NCBI GenBank assembly: GCA_010405405.1
Contig: MU004246.1
Coordinates: 186,001 to 250,000, forward strand
Source: Microthyrium microscopicum
Taxonomy: Eukaryota
DNA: 64,000 nt
Reading direction: 5' to 3'
Position 1 is the stretch's first letter. Each line of letters begins with the position of its first letter. A program made the translations under genes and the position numbers. Below the pieces are notes generated by a model. It had not been told where the DNA came from. It worked only from the letters and a program-made list of their open reading frames with translations, and did not search any database. Positions 13,768-25,706 of the stretch are shown here, one piece after another.

Positions 13768-14735
13768 TTGGACTGACCTGGCAATTGCTGGTTTCTTTGT
13801 TGTAGTTGTGGTTGGTTGTTTTGGTTCTGATGTTACAACAGGCTTTGAGGTAGTTGCAGTTGACTTCGTGGCCTTCGATGATGCAATGGACTTCTTGCGA
13901 CTAGGAGTGATGCTTTCTTAACTTTTTGGATGCTAGCGGCGTTGGTAGGTTCAGTAGATTGTGCGGATGGATGTGGTGTTTGATGGTTTGGAGATGCTGG
14001 AGGATGTTGATGATGGCTTCGAAGGCGGTTTGCCTGTTCAAGGTTGAACCTGATCTGGTGACGGCCATCGAGGTGACGTTAGGCACTTGCAGCAGAGTAA
14101 AAGTGCATGTGGGAAGGAGCGAAGAATAGTTGAGGACACGACTTATCAAAACAGAATTTGAGGTTACTAAAGTGGGAAAGACAATGAAGCACATGCATTG
14201 TTCTTCTTGCACCTGCCCGAAATGCAAACCGACGATTACCATATCTGCAATAAAGACAACAACGTCGAGTATGACTACTCTGAGATTTTTGATATAGTCC
14301 ATTTTGGTGTAGAATGCTTTCAATCCGCACTATCGTTGGCTACAACATGGACTTGTCAGTTGGCAAATCATCCAGGGAAACCAATCGTAGCGTTGATTGC
14401 ATTGATGGCACGATGAAGACACGGCAACGCGAGACGGATACTTGAGATCCAGCAGGAATAAGGGCTGTGTTCAGTCTCAACGTTGTACTTGACTGCGATC
14501 CATACTACGGCGTTCTATGCCTCTACTTCGTATAAAGCAGCGCTATGAACGCCGGCGAGACTTGTTGTTTTGCGCCTACGGCAGTGGGTGTTGTCCATGG
14601 ATAATCACTAATGGATGAAAGGGGTTGAGAAACAATGAAGGATCCTATTTGCGATCAATAAGCTATTCCAGGCTTTTTGCCAAATCCTTGAATCCAATAA
14701 CCCATACTGTATCTACAAGCTGTGTTGCTCATGGC

Positions 14736-15700
14736 TTAAATTCCAAAGCTCGTCGTATTGCGCCAATCTTCCACAACCGAGTGCTCGGCGTCTTCCTTCT
14801 CATCCTCTTCAGAGTCAGGCTTTTCGTCTGAATCGTCCCCTGGTAAGGTACTTTGAGAGTCGTGGGCACTCTGAATGTCGTTGGCACTTTGAGCCTCGTG
14901 GGCACTTTGAGCATCACGGGCACTTTGACTGCCGTCATTGGGAGCTACTGTACTCGGAGACGGAGGTGGCGCGTCCGGAACTGGAGCCGGGCCATTGGGG
15001 ATGGGAACTGGCGTGCTGGGGACGGGAATTGGAGCGTTGGGATTGGGAATGGTTGGCGCCCACAAATCGCCTATAGTGAAAGGAGAGACCCGATGGTTGG
15101 CTTGCATAGCACCGATGCTGGTTAGAATACTGATGATTTGTGCACTACCGATGTTGCCGTAGATACCCACTTGACCGCCCATGGGCGGCATAGAGCCGTT
15201 GGTACCAGAGTTGACCATGATGATGGTACTGAGTGTCATTCCTCCAGCGTCCATGTTGCTTGGAGGAACTGGAGTGGTTGAATTGACGGCGCCGTGAGTG
15301 GCTGATCTGTGCTGGAGAGCTTCGGGCATGGTAGAAGGCACAAGGTCCGGAACGGATTCAACGTCTGGCACAACGCCGACAGGCTCTGTAGCGTTGACGG
15401 AGCCAATAGACATTGGAAGAAAATCTTCGGATCCATCCTCCACGGCATCATCATCGCATGTGTATGGATCAGGCTGCAAGGCTCGGTGTGGATAGAAGTT
15501 TCCGCCATGCTCATCGTCAATCCACATCAATGGCTCGCATTTGCATCGATCTGCTGGTGGGACCTAACCTAGCAGCTCGGGAATATGCTCTCCGCATCCA
15601 TACTAGGATCGTTTGCCTGTAGTTGTTAGCTTGACAATTAGAAAAGAACGCTAGATTGAGTGCGCATACTGCACTCGTCGCAGGTAGCCAGCAGACACAT
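14736..15700 (-). pseudogene. Spliced gene with N-terminal CxxC...GCGxH...CxCEP module and Pro/acidic tail; two in-frame TAG codons
   Basis: ATG 15700; exon 1 MCLLATCDEC; intron 15669-15617 (GTATGC..GCTAAC..CAG); exon 2 SKRS*YGCGEHIPELLG*VPPADRCKCEPL, in frame with ORF 14736-15530. TAGs at 15605-15603 and 15566-15564. Confidence 0.8.
14851..14930 (-). repeat. 18-bp coding minisatellite, ~4.5 copies (QSARDA/QSAHEA/QSANDI/QSAHDS)
   Basis: + strand units ctttgagagtcgtgggca, ctctgaatgtcgttggca, ctttgagcctcgtgggca, ctttgagcatcacgggca, ctttgact.. Confidence 0.85.
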
Positions 15701-16549
15701 GGCGTTGGTAGATTTGAAGTCCTGGGGTTATAAGAGTGATTGATATTGGGTAGAGTGATAGAGGTTCTGATAGTCTAAAAATGAAAACGACGTGGTAGAT
15801 GACGAGGATGTACTCGAATTGATCTGGAATATGTTATCGCTGGGAGAAGGTAAACAGGTCACTACCATGCCTCTTTCCTCAACTCTCATACCGGAGAGTT
15901 CTTGTTGCATTCTCGGTAATAGACAATACTGAGATGAGAGAAGTAAGGGATGAGGCCTCCAGACGGGTAGGAGTTTTCCAGTCCTGCAAAACAAATCATT
16001 TTGTTTGACGATATTTAATGGCTGACTACTGCTATTGCCTTGCTTACTGAAAATGAGCCCTGCCATCGCAGAGCTGCAACCAGGAAAGTACGGAGTACTA
16101 GAATGGCCGCAACAGCACAATTGCTTTGAAGACCTGAGAGATTGGTTAGTACGGCTGGCAATTTCGAAGCTTGAAGCCATGATGACGCAAGCTGATGCTG
16201 TATACCAACCCTGTCAACCTCGAAATTGATAGCAGCGACTGTGTGTATGCTGGAGGTTACAGTGTACTGTGTAACGGCAGCCTGAAGACTGTCCGCTCGA
16301 CATGATACTGACCAGAGGTCTCGACGGCCACTGGTGAGCATGCAGCTGCGGACCAACAGCTTTGTCATTTAGACTTCTGGTCTAGGACTAGAAATACCAT
16401 ATTGCAAAGCATAGCTCGACAACGCCTGCCTATTGCTAGACCATCAACTAGCATGTTGCGAAGCAGCGTTTGCAAAAGCAACTTCACTAGTTGTCGCACA
16501 GATGCTCGACAGGAAGGCTGGAGTAGAAGAACAATGACCGTGAAGAGCG

Positions 16550-17146
16550 TCAATAGTCTTGTACACCAGTTTCGCCTTCAGGTTGCTGGCCATCTCCCAA
16601 GACCCAGCGAGGTGATTCTGTTTCCAGATAACTTTCAAGTTTCCCTCTCGCTTCTTCTTCAAGGTCATCCCACATCTCATTATCATCAACGCCTGGGTAG
16701 TCAAAATCGTCGTCATCACCACGCATAAAGCGCATCTCCATTTCATATTTCCAACGCGCAAAGCCTTCCTCTTTTGTTCGAGGTACTTCATCTTTATCTT
16801 CGGCCAAAATCTCGCCACCGGGGCCCCGCCTATAAGAGAATGTAGCGTTTGGATCCGGATGGGCAAGAGCTTCGACCTTTGCTTCTGAGCGCATCAGGTC
16901 TGCTTCAAGAACGCCGGAATGGCCTTTCTTGCGACCTTCTGCTTCGCGCTCGGCGGGGGTCTGGAAGCGCCGAATCAAGCGGTCGTACATCAGCGGGTCT
17001 GCAAGTTCTAGCGATGGGCCGAAGTAGTCGGGAGTCTGGTCTAAATATCGCTTGCGCCGGTTCTTGACTCGAATGCGTTCTGGGAGAGAAGTGGTGCTTG
17101 CGGATGTTTGGGACGAATCTTCTTCGAGCAGCAAATCCTGAGCCAT
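16550..17146 (-). CDS. CCDC97-like (DUF2052) coiled-coil protein
   Basis: RVKNRRKRYL..YF...LELADPLMYDRLIRRFQTPAERE, RFMRGDDDDFDY.GVDDNE and GETGVQDY terminus; likely ATG at 17146 (MAQDLL). Confidence 0.8.
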   Translation of the reverse strand: MAQDLLLEEDSSQTSASTTSLPERIRVKNRRKRYLDQTPDYFGPSLELADPLMYDRLIRRFQTPAEREAEGRKKGHSGVLEADLMRSEAKVEALAHPDPNATFSYRRGPGGEILAEDKDEVPRTKEEGFARWKYEMEMRFMRGDDDDFDYPGVDDNEMWDDLEEEARGKLESYLETESPRWVLGDGQQPEGETGVQDY

Positions 17147-17659
17147 TATTGTAACGACAGCCCAATGCGCGGCCAGTCGATAAATCTCGATTCCTTGAAG
17201 AACAGTTTGTGAGGATGCAACATGATGAAAATGGAGGCGCGAAGAAGAAGTAACGAGAGCGGAAGGCAAAAGAAAATGACAAATCAATTGAAGCTCAGTA
17301 TAGCCAATAGGAGGCTGATAAAACAGCACACCTCAGCAGGTACGAAGCTAGTTCGAGACTAGACCCAAATAGATTACGCCTCACATCTGCAGCCGGGGTT
17401 TCATGAGTGGACAGCTTTCAATGTTCATACATCAACACTTCCTCCCTTTTCTTGATTCTATCTCCTTTTAGCAATTGCTTTAGAGCTGGTAGCCACTCCT
17501 TGTACTAATTGCTCACAGCTTGGATTGCGCTTCATATTTCGTGCGATGTGTTAAGACATTGAGCACCGTATGGCCAGAGAGTCGATAGAAGAGCTTGGAT
17601 CACCTTTGTTGAACAGCAGTTGACGCTCTGTATAACAACCATTTATACGTCTATCAAAG

Positions 17660-19506
17660 ATGGCTCCAAAGAATAGAGCGAAAGGCGGCGACAGCAAGAA
17701 AAAGAGCCAGGACAAAAGTCAGGAGAAGACACAGGCAACCAACGTCTCCATTGGAGGTGCAACATGGCAGCCAAAGAAACCTATCGTCGAAATCTTAGGA
17801 AATGCATTTGCTATTCTCGCGCTGGCCGCTCTAGGATCTCCAATTTCTCAGATGAATCTATCTCCAGTTTACGGATCTATTCCCGCCGCCATACATCACC
17901 AAAAGGGAATTATGCTCGCAGCAATGATCGCATATATCGCTGTTGCCCAATTGAGAAGTCAAAACATGCCTATTAACGCGAAAAACTACATCAGCCCAAT
18001 GGCTTACTATGTACCTGTTCTTCAGTCTCTTTTATTCAAGTACAGCACCGTATTGGGCCCAGAACGCGGACCCTTCGTCACTGAACTTCTTACTTATTTC
18101 CCAGTTTTACTCTTGTCATTGATGGGAGCCAGTGAGGTTCTGAGCGATCTGAACCTCACCCAATATGGTACAAGAGTGGCTGAAGCGACACCTGCAATTG
18201 CTTCATACTTTGCCTACTCTGCCATGGTACAAGGAGCAAACTCTTTTCTTCCCCAGATTATGGGAACATCCGACTTTTTTACCCGTTCGGGCTTACAACT
18301 GCTCGTTGCCACTATATCAGGCGTTCTTTTCAGATCTACCATGATGGCTCTCGCTGTACCAGCCGTGCTCCATACAATGTTCCAAAACCCTCATCACTAT
18401 GCAACCAGGACAACGCAGATAGTCAACCATACCCTTGCAGAGAGTCAGTACAGCCTTCTAGCTCGCGCTGACTCGGTCACGGGCTACATATCAGTGCTTG
18501 AAAACCACAAAGACGGATTCCGACTCCTTCGTTGTGATCATAGCATTCTTGGCGGAGAATGGACCATCACTCCTGAAAGAAAAAAGACTGGCCAAACTGT
18601 CAAAGAAACCATATATGCCGTGTTTACCATGCTGGAGGCAGTGAGATTGATCAAAACTCCTATATTTGTCCCCGATGATGAAAGAGACGCTCTTTTTATG
18701 TTAGTATATGCAAGAATTACAGATGATCTAAACTGACTAGATGACAGTGGATTGGGTATCGGAACTGCTCCTACAGCCTTTATCACACATGGAATCAATA
18801 CCACAATTGTAGAAATTGATCCAGTAGTTCACGACTATGCGACCAAATATTTCAGCCTCCCCACAAACCACACAAAAGTCATCGCAGATGCGACAACATG
18901 GGTCGACTCCCAAGCCAAAGCAGCTCCAGAGAGTTACGACTACATCATACACGACGTCTTCACCGGTGGAGCAGAACCGATCGCTCTCTTCACCTATGAG
19001 TTCTTACAAGGCCTCAACACCCTCCTAAAAGAAGATGGCGCAATCGCAATCGTAAGCCTACCCACCCCAATCCCCTTCGTCCCATACTAACATTTTTCAA
19101 GAACTATGCAGGCGACATCGACCTGCCGCCACCCCGAATTGTCCTGAACACCATCTTCGCCGTCTTCCCCAATTGTCGCATCTACCGCGACACACTCCCA
19201 GATGACCCGGAAACATTCATCAACATGATCGTCTTCTGCACCAAAACGCTCGCCCCCCTCGAGTTCCGACTAGCTACGAATGACGACTATCTAGATTCCA
19301 TGGCTCGTCGAGCTTACCTACCGCCCGATGATGGCTTGGAGATTCATTTACCGAACATTGGTGGTGGAGAGCGTAAATATACGGAGGTGGATATGCTTAA
19401 GAGGGGACAGGAGAGTGAGGTTGCGGAGTATCATGATGAGGCGGCGATTAAGCATTGGGTTGTCATGAGAAAGGTTATGCCTGCTGCGGTTTGGGAGAAT
19501 TGGTGA
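17660..19506 (+). CDS. Membrane protein fused to a spermidine-synthase-like SAM-dependent methyltransferase domain (3 exons)
   Basis: Hydrophobic N-half; RLLRCDHSILGGEW; spliced ALFIGLGIGTAP, VEIDPVV, YDYIIHDVFTGG; introns ~18700-18747 and 19052-19101; ends VWENW*. Confidence 0.85.
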
Positions 19507-20657
19507 GTGTTTGAATACCGGATGATGGGATGGAAGGGTGCATGTTTTTGTACAAATATTGTAGAATATGATGATGGTTCATGGGAAACAAATATTAGAT
19601 GGATATCTTGGAATTGAGTTAGTTCCCACAGGGGCAGCGCAGATCTGCGTAGAAGCCTTATGGAAGCCGCTGGTCTCAATGGAAGTATGATCTTGAACCA
19701 GGATGTTAACCTCATTGTAGAACCACAGTCTAGCGAGGAACTATTCTGTAGATGTTCCCAAATATAGTAGCCGCTGTTCGCCGCCCTGTCCCATCTAGAG
19801 CTTCAACGATAGACATTCAGTGTACAAATTGTTTGACGAGCACGCGAGTACAGCTCCTCTTAGTCATGGATTGCGTCGCTTCTGGGGCAGAAGGTGACGG
19901 ACGGAGCCAGAGGTGTCTCGTGCGTTACTAGGTCAATATATCTCGCGGGACTTTTTGATCAACGAGGGTACCTTTGCTATCAATTTAAGAGAAGTCGAGA
20001 TCATTCCCGGAGAAAGGTGGCAAAAGGACAAGATACTGCTAGAATAGAGTATCAAGTATCAGCCTCGTCGGATCTATTCTGGCATTGCTATCAAGTAGTC
20101 TATATCGCAACTGGCCGCGTATATATCAGAATACTGGTTAAATAGGGCACCAACGCGAGGCCTTCCAGATCTTAACAAGCATTCATATAGTACCAATGAT
20201 AAGCATTCTTTAAAGCCCGCAATGAACCGACCCTAATTTGTGTCATGTTCTTGCTATACCAGTACTAATCTCGCCATACCTGAGTCCTAAGTCGTCTCCA
20301 AAGCACAAGGATTACGCCCGGCAGCTAATATAGCGACGAAGCTTATCTCTACTGTTGTGTGAGGCGAGATGCCTTTCTTGTTCATCCGGTTGGATATAGC
20401 CCTGCAGTCTAGGACCTTGTGTTCCAAGGTCCAATGTATCTGTCGACTACTATAGCAGATACCTTATAGTAGCTATACTATGAATCTGGGGACGCGGGGA
20501 CCTGATGGCATGTATATTAGGCTGTGAGGGTCCCTAAATATGGTGCCTGGGACTAACAGGCGGCAATCGATAGACCTTGAACCTCTTTTCATTCTTTTTG
20601 TGTTGTCTCTCCTTTCCATTTCATTGAACTTCGAGTGAGTCTTTGGTATTCGTCAAC

Positions 20658-22323
20658 ATGCAGCTCATTCAAACTGTCGTGGGTGCGCTTGCCTTGTCAC
20701 AGGCAGTAGTCGGAAAAGAACTGGCAAAAGATGAAAGACTAGGAGCAGAGCTGTACGATTCCGGCATAATGATGGATAGGATATTAGCCACCAAGCAGGA
20801 ACATTGGTCGGAACAACGCGCGCTGGGAAGATATGAGTCTGCGCAATATCCTCCTGTTGACGCGCTGGTCAAGTGTGTCAATGGGAAGGCTGTTGCATTG
20901 GAAGGCAAGGCGGGCTATACTTTCAACTGTAACAATGTAAGTGTGCTCTCATTCAACAGACATGTTGGAATATTGTTCAGTTTTAATGTGTACTTGCAGG
21001 TCGACTTATACAACTTCAAATCACATGCCGACCTAGGCAGCAAAACTGGCGAAGGCTCCTCGTCTTGGGGCTGGACGTCTCCAGAAGGTCGTGAATTCGT
21101 CGCTATCGGCCAAGCAGATGGTGCTGCCTTCATTGAGATCAGCAAGGAAGGAAAGATGCTGTACTTGGGAAGGCTGCCCGCCTTTTCGGCACCGGTTATC
21201 TGGAGAGAGATTCGAGGGTACAAGGACTACATGGTCATTGGAAGTGAATCCGAAGGCCATGGTATCCAGATCTTTGACATGAAGAAGGTGAGGTTGTGAG
21301 ACCAATTGAAAACCCATCAACTAACAGATCTTAGCTTCTTGCCATCGACCCAGCTAAGCCCAAGACATTCCACAAGAAGGACGATCTGACTGGCCATTAC
21401 GACAAATTACCAATTGGACGAACTCACAACGTTGTCATCAATGAGGATAGCGATATGGTCTATGCCGTCGGTGCCATTCCCAGAGAAGACAAGTGCAAGG
21501 GAGGCTTGATTGCCATCAACATGACCAATCCTGCTGCGCCATTCAGCCCTGGCTGCGCAGGCCAAGATGGATATGTTCATGATGCCCAGTGCGTCATCTA
21601 TCACGGACCAGACGTCAAGTATGAGGGTCGTGAAATCTGCTACGGCTATAACGAGGATTCTCTCACTATGTAAGTTGTTCCTCACGGGCTGGAAGCGTGT
21701 GAGTGCTAACACTTGACAGCTATGATATGACGGACAAAGCCAACTCAAAGATCGTCTCAAAGACCAGCTACGAAGGTGTTCAGTACTGCCATCAAGGGTG
21801 GGTTCTGGACAAGAAGAACCAACACTACCTAATCATGGACGACGAGTTTGATGAAATCCGCAAGGCGGGACCAGCCAAGGATGGACACGCAGTCAGCTAT
21901 ATCTGGGATATCTCCGATCTAGCTCACCCCAAGAACACGGGCTACTACAAGTCACCTGCGCAATCAGTGGACCATAACCAGTACATTTTCAATGGCCGGT
22001 CCTACCAGAGCAACTATGGATCCGGCTTCCGTATCCTTGACGTAACATCGATTCCTCAAGACCCAACCGGCAAAGGAGTGAAGGAGATTGGCTTCTTCGA
22101 TGTTTATCCAGAAGACGACAAATTGCCTGGTGGAGGAAAAGTTGCTTTCGTTGGGAGCTGGAGCAGTTTCGCCAACTTCAAGAGCGGGTTTGTGTTTGTG
22201 AACACGATTGAGCGTGGTGGATTTGTGTTGAAGTATACGGGCGACCAAACTGCTGCTCCAGCAAGCCAGTCCAGCCCTAAGGCGGCAGCAGTTGAAAAGT
22301 CAGAAGATGAAGAAGAGGAATAG
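20658..22323 (+). CDS. Secreted choice-of-anchor B / LVIVD-repeat-like protein (4 exons)
   Basis: Signal peptide MQLIQTVVGALALSQAVVG; SSSWGWTSPEGREF, WREIRGYKDY, GYVHDAQCVIYHGPD, YCHQGW, DHNQY, SNYGSGFRILD; introns 20937-20999, ~21288-21334, ~21670-21719. Confidence 0.8.
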
Positions 22324-22798
22324 AGAGACATGATGGCTAAGATGACTCCTGTACATTATTTAGATTGCAATGCATGATTGAGGTAAACAAATTTGCATGT
22401 CGGTACTCCTTCAGATCCCTTGGTCCGTCGAGAGGGTTCTAGAAGATGTGACAGCTTTGGAAGGCGTCTTGGGGTTCTGATGTCGATGAAGAACCATTCC
22501 ACACGTGTAATCGGAGTGAAGATTGGAACTTGCTCGTATAATTGAGATCAGGATCAAATCATCGAAATACAAACGCTGCTGATGTACTCTAAGGAGCGTT
22601 AGCCGAAGATCGAGATTAGATCAAGGTTGACATCCGAAATCCCGATCTTGATCCGAAGAATGTACTATGTAGAGATCAATTGCAGCTTGAATTCTTAAAC
22701 TTTTTTTGCGAAACTCAACGGCCTGTCACATTCAGCTCGCGCGCTTCTCAACCCCAACTCGGCCGTTGCATACACTGGTAGCATTTTGCTCTATCAGT

Positions 22799-24248
22799 AT
22801 GCTTCCCGCGAGGGCCATACAACGTGCGCGATCGCGCCTCGCCTCGTCAATACCGCGCCAGGTCAGTTACGATCAAGCTATATATTTTATGTCTAACATA
22901 TCTCAGTACTCCACATTACCTAGGAAATCGTTACGATCCTCTTTTTCAAATCCTATAAGCTCCTCCGGCTCCTCTTTTGCCTTCCAACGTCTTTCCCCAG
23001 CCGCCGCTACAGTTACATTATCCCTTCACACTGCCTCGCGGTTCAGATCTACACTGGCTCCTGCAGATGCGACACCAATTGCGCAACCGGTAGAGATTCA
23101 CACAGCAGAACCAGCGCCCCCTACAGAGATATTTCAAGAATTACAAGAGTTCACCGGATCAACAGCTCCCTTTGAGCCTCATATTGGCTTTCTCTCGGAT
23201 GCTGGCTTGGACTTTGGTTGGGGACCCTCGTCAATGGTCCAATGGCTCCTGGAACACGTACATGTATATTCCGGTCTGCCATGGTGGGGAAGTCTCATCG
23301 CCACCACAGTCATGATGCGTCTAGCGCTGGTCTATCCTATGATCCAGTCTTCTGACGAGGCCGCAAAGATAAAAGCAATTTCTCCTGCCGTGGCCGACAT
23401 TCGCGCCCGGTACAAGGACCCAAATATGGACCCCGTACAACGACAGCTGGGCATGTCTAGCGAGATGAAGCGACTATACACGACCACTGGTGTCAAACCC
23501 TGGAGACAGTTTGTCCCAATTGCTGGACAAGTCATCACATCATTTTGCATGTTTCGAGTCACACGCGGGCTGGCTGAAATTGACTCAATTGGATTGGCGG
23601 ATGGAGGCTTTTCGTGGATTTCAAATTTACTGGTTTCCGATCCGTTCTACGTTCTGCCCGTTGTGATGGCGGTCACGATGCACTTGGTCGGCAGGGTAAG
23701 CTTAATCATACTTCATCCCTTGGCAAACTTCTTTTAATGCTGTTTTCCAGATCACAATGTACCAGCAGGCACCCAATCCAGCAGACGCCACTCAGAAGTA
23801 CCTCAAACCCCTAGCTCTATATGCATTTCCGGCTATCACATCCGTCATCTTCCTTGTCCAGCCCGTAGTCGTTGCTCTACCAATGGCTACCTTCACGGTA
23901 TTCTCCGTAATACAGAACACCACCTTCCAAGTGCCCGCAGTTCGACGCGTGATGGGACTGTATCCAATGCTGCACAAAGATGCGCTCAAGCCCATTCCAC
24001 GTACCATTGTAGTCAATGGAAGAAAAGTTACGACTACGGACAAGGCTGTGCCTGGTGTCATGGAACAGAAAATTGAGGAAAACCTTGACAAGATCGGAAA
24101 CGTTGCGGGTAAACACGTGAGCCTGACTCCCGATCCCATGAAAGCTCAGAAAGATCATTTAGCAGCTGCAGAAAAGTATCATGAGCAAAAGCGCCAACAA
24201 CTTTTGATGAAAATCAAGCAGGCGAGAAAACAAAGAAAAGAGGTTTAA
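22799..24248 (+). CDS. OXA1: Mitochondrial inner-membrane insertase Oxa1 (YidC/Oxa1 family)
   Basis: Arg/Ser-rich presequence; GLDFGWGPSSMVQWLLEHVHVYSGLPWWGSLIATTVMMR; GGFSWISNLLVSDPFYVLP; basic C-terminal tail; introns ~22862-22905 and ~23696-23750. Confidence 0.88.
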
Positions 24249-24374
24249 ACTTTTCGAAACTAGATTCATCGGGGTCTTCAATCGCATTGCGGGAGTCGCA
24301 TTTGTTGGTTTAGGATGTAGGATTTGTTTCTACGGACCAGTGCTTAATTTTATGTACATTACATATGTCAATAA

Positions 24375-25132
24375 CTATCTCTGCCCCAATGGCTCGTTTG
24401 TTATTCTCTGCGTTTCCGGTACTTCGGCAGGGTCTCCTGTGGGTGCAAGCGGATATGGACTGCTTGGTAACGATTCGAGGGTTTTTCGATGATGTTCCAG
24501 CGCCTTTGAACTGTTAGCTGCGGTCTTACCGACGGAGTATACGAGAACTTACGAATGGAAGTCCGCAGTAGGTACATTCGTTGACTTGTGGTTTATCCAG
24601 GTTGATAAAGATTCTTGGATGTCCCAGTGGTCCTCCGCCTCCATCACAGCTGACGACACGTTCTTTCCGCCATCGTACTGGTTGTTTGTGAATCAGGTCA
24701 ATCGCCGCATACGGTTGTGGCTATATCGAATTAGCATGTGCCTCCTTCAATCCCTGCTCGACACATAGATCTCCTGTGCTCAGGTGGATCCATTGGCCCT
24801 CCGAAACGTACCTGGTCTTTCATGATCATTTGCTCAAATCTTGGTCCCACCATTGCCTTCTCCCTCGGCTTCTGATTGTTGCTCCAAGTACCTTGGCGAT
24901 TCGGCGCCTGCATGCTCCGCATTTCCTCGGCTTCAGAGACTGATTCGACTACCATGCCATCGTGGGCTCCCATGACTGAGGTAGGTGTCGCATTGGTCTT
25001 GGAGACGTTCGTGGCAGGTGTGGCGGGGGTAGGGTCGTTGGTAGTGACTTCTTTGGCATGCGTGCTGTAGGTGGGTGCAATTGTGCGGTTTAGATAGGCA
25101 GGCGAGCGCCGAAGGGCACGGAGGGCGAGCAT
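24375..25132 (-). CDS. NDUFS6: NADH:ubiquinone oxidoreductase zinc-binding accessory subunit (NDUFS6/NUMM, zf-CHCC), 3 exons
   Basis: [22 protein letters not shown]; spliced [52 protein letters not shown]; stop TAG at 24377-24375. Confidence 0.9.
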
Positions 25133-25706
25133 TGTGCTGGTTTTGCTGCTGAATGTTGGAGTTGTTGGAGCTCTGGGTTGATATGTCGTCGGTCATTCTT
25201 CGGCTGGGAAGGAGAAACTTGCAGGGGTTGTGAGCCTAGTCCAACTGTCACGCTAGTGCCTTTTGGGTTGGTGGAATTTTTGTCTCTATCTCAACTCCAG
25301 TCTCGAGGCTTCACATTCACTGTTCCTCTCTTGTCCAGATAGTTGTCTGGCGAAAACTGCTGTTCTATCAAATTGTCAAGAGCAATGACTGGATGAACAA
25401 GGGAACAACCGTGTACCTATATGATGATGGCTTACTTATTTTGTCCCCGGAGAGGACGCCTTGAGGCAACAGGTTCAAATGATACTGCCCTCCACCACTA
25501 CACAACCTGAAGCAAACCTGGCTTTGACCTTAAAATGATGAGTCTTTGTTACTTTCAAGCTGTAATGAAGTTCTACGACGACTACCTGATCAAAGTACTA
25601 CGGTCATGTCTTGTCATTTGTACAGTATTTCGTTTTCCAGCTGGGGATTTCTCTGAAACAATTTATGAAAAGACGAGGTAGACCAAATCTTAAATAGACC
25701 TCCAAA

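Noticed and set aside
15728..16450. Short ORFs between the TAG-interrupted gene and the CCDC97-like gene
   Set aside because: No recognisable motifs or splice structure; likely UTR or promoter.
22799..25132. OXA1 and NDUFS6 adjacency as a mitochondrial gene cluster
   Set aside because: Two convergent housekeeping genes; chance adjacency is sufficient.
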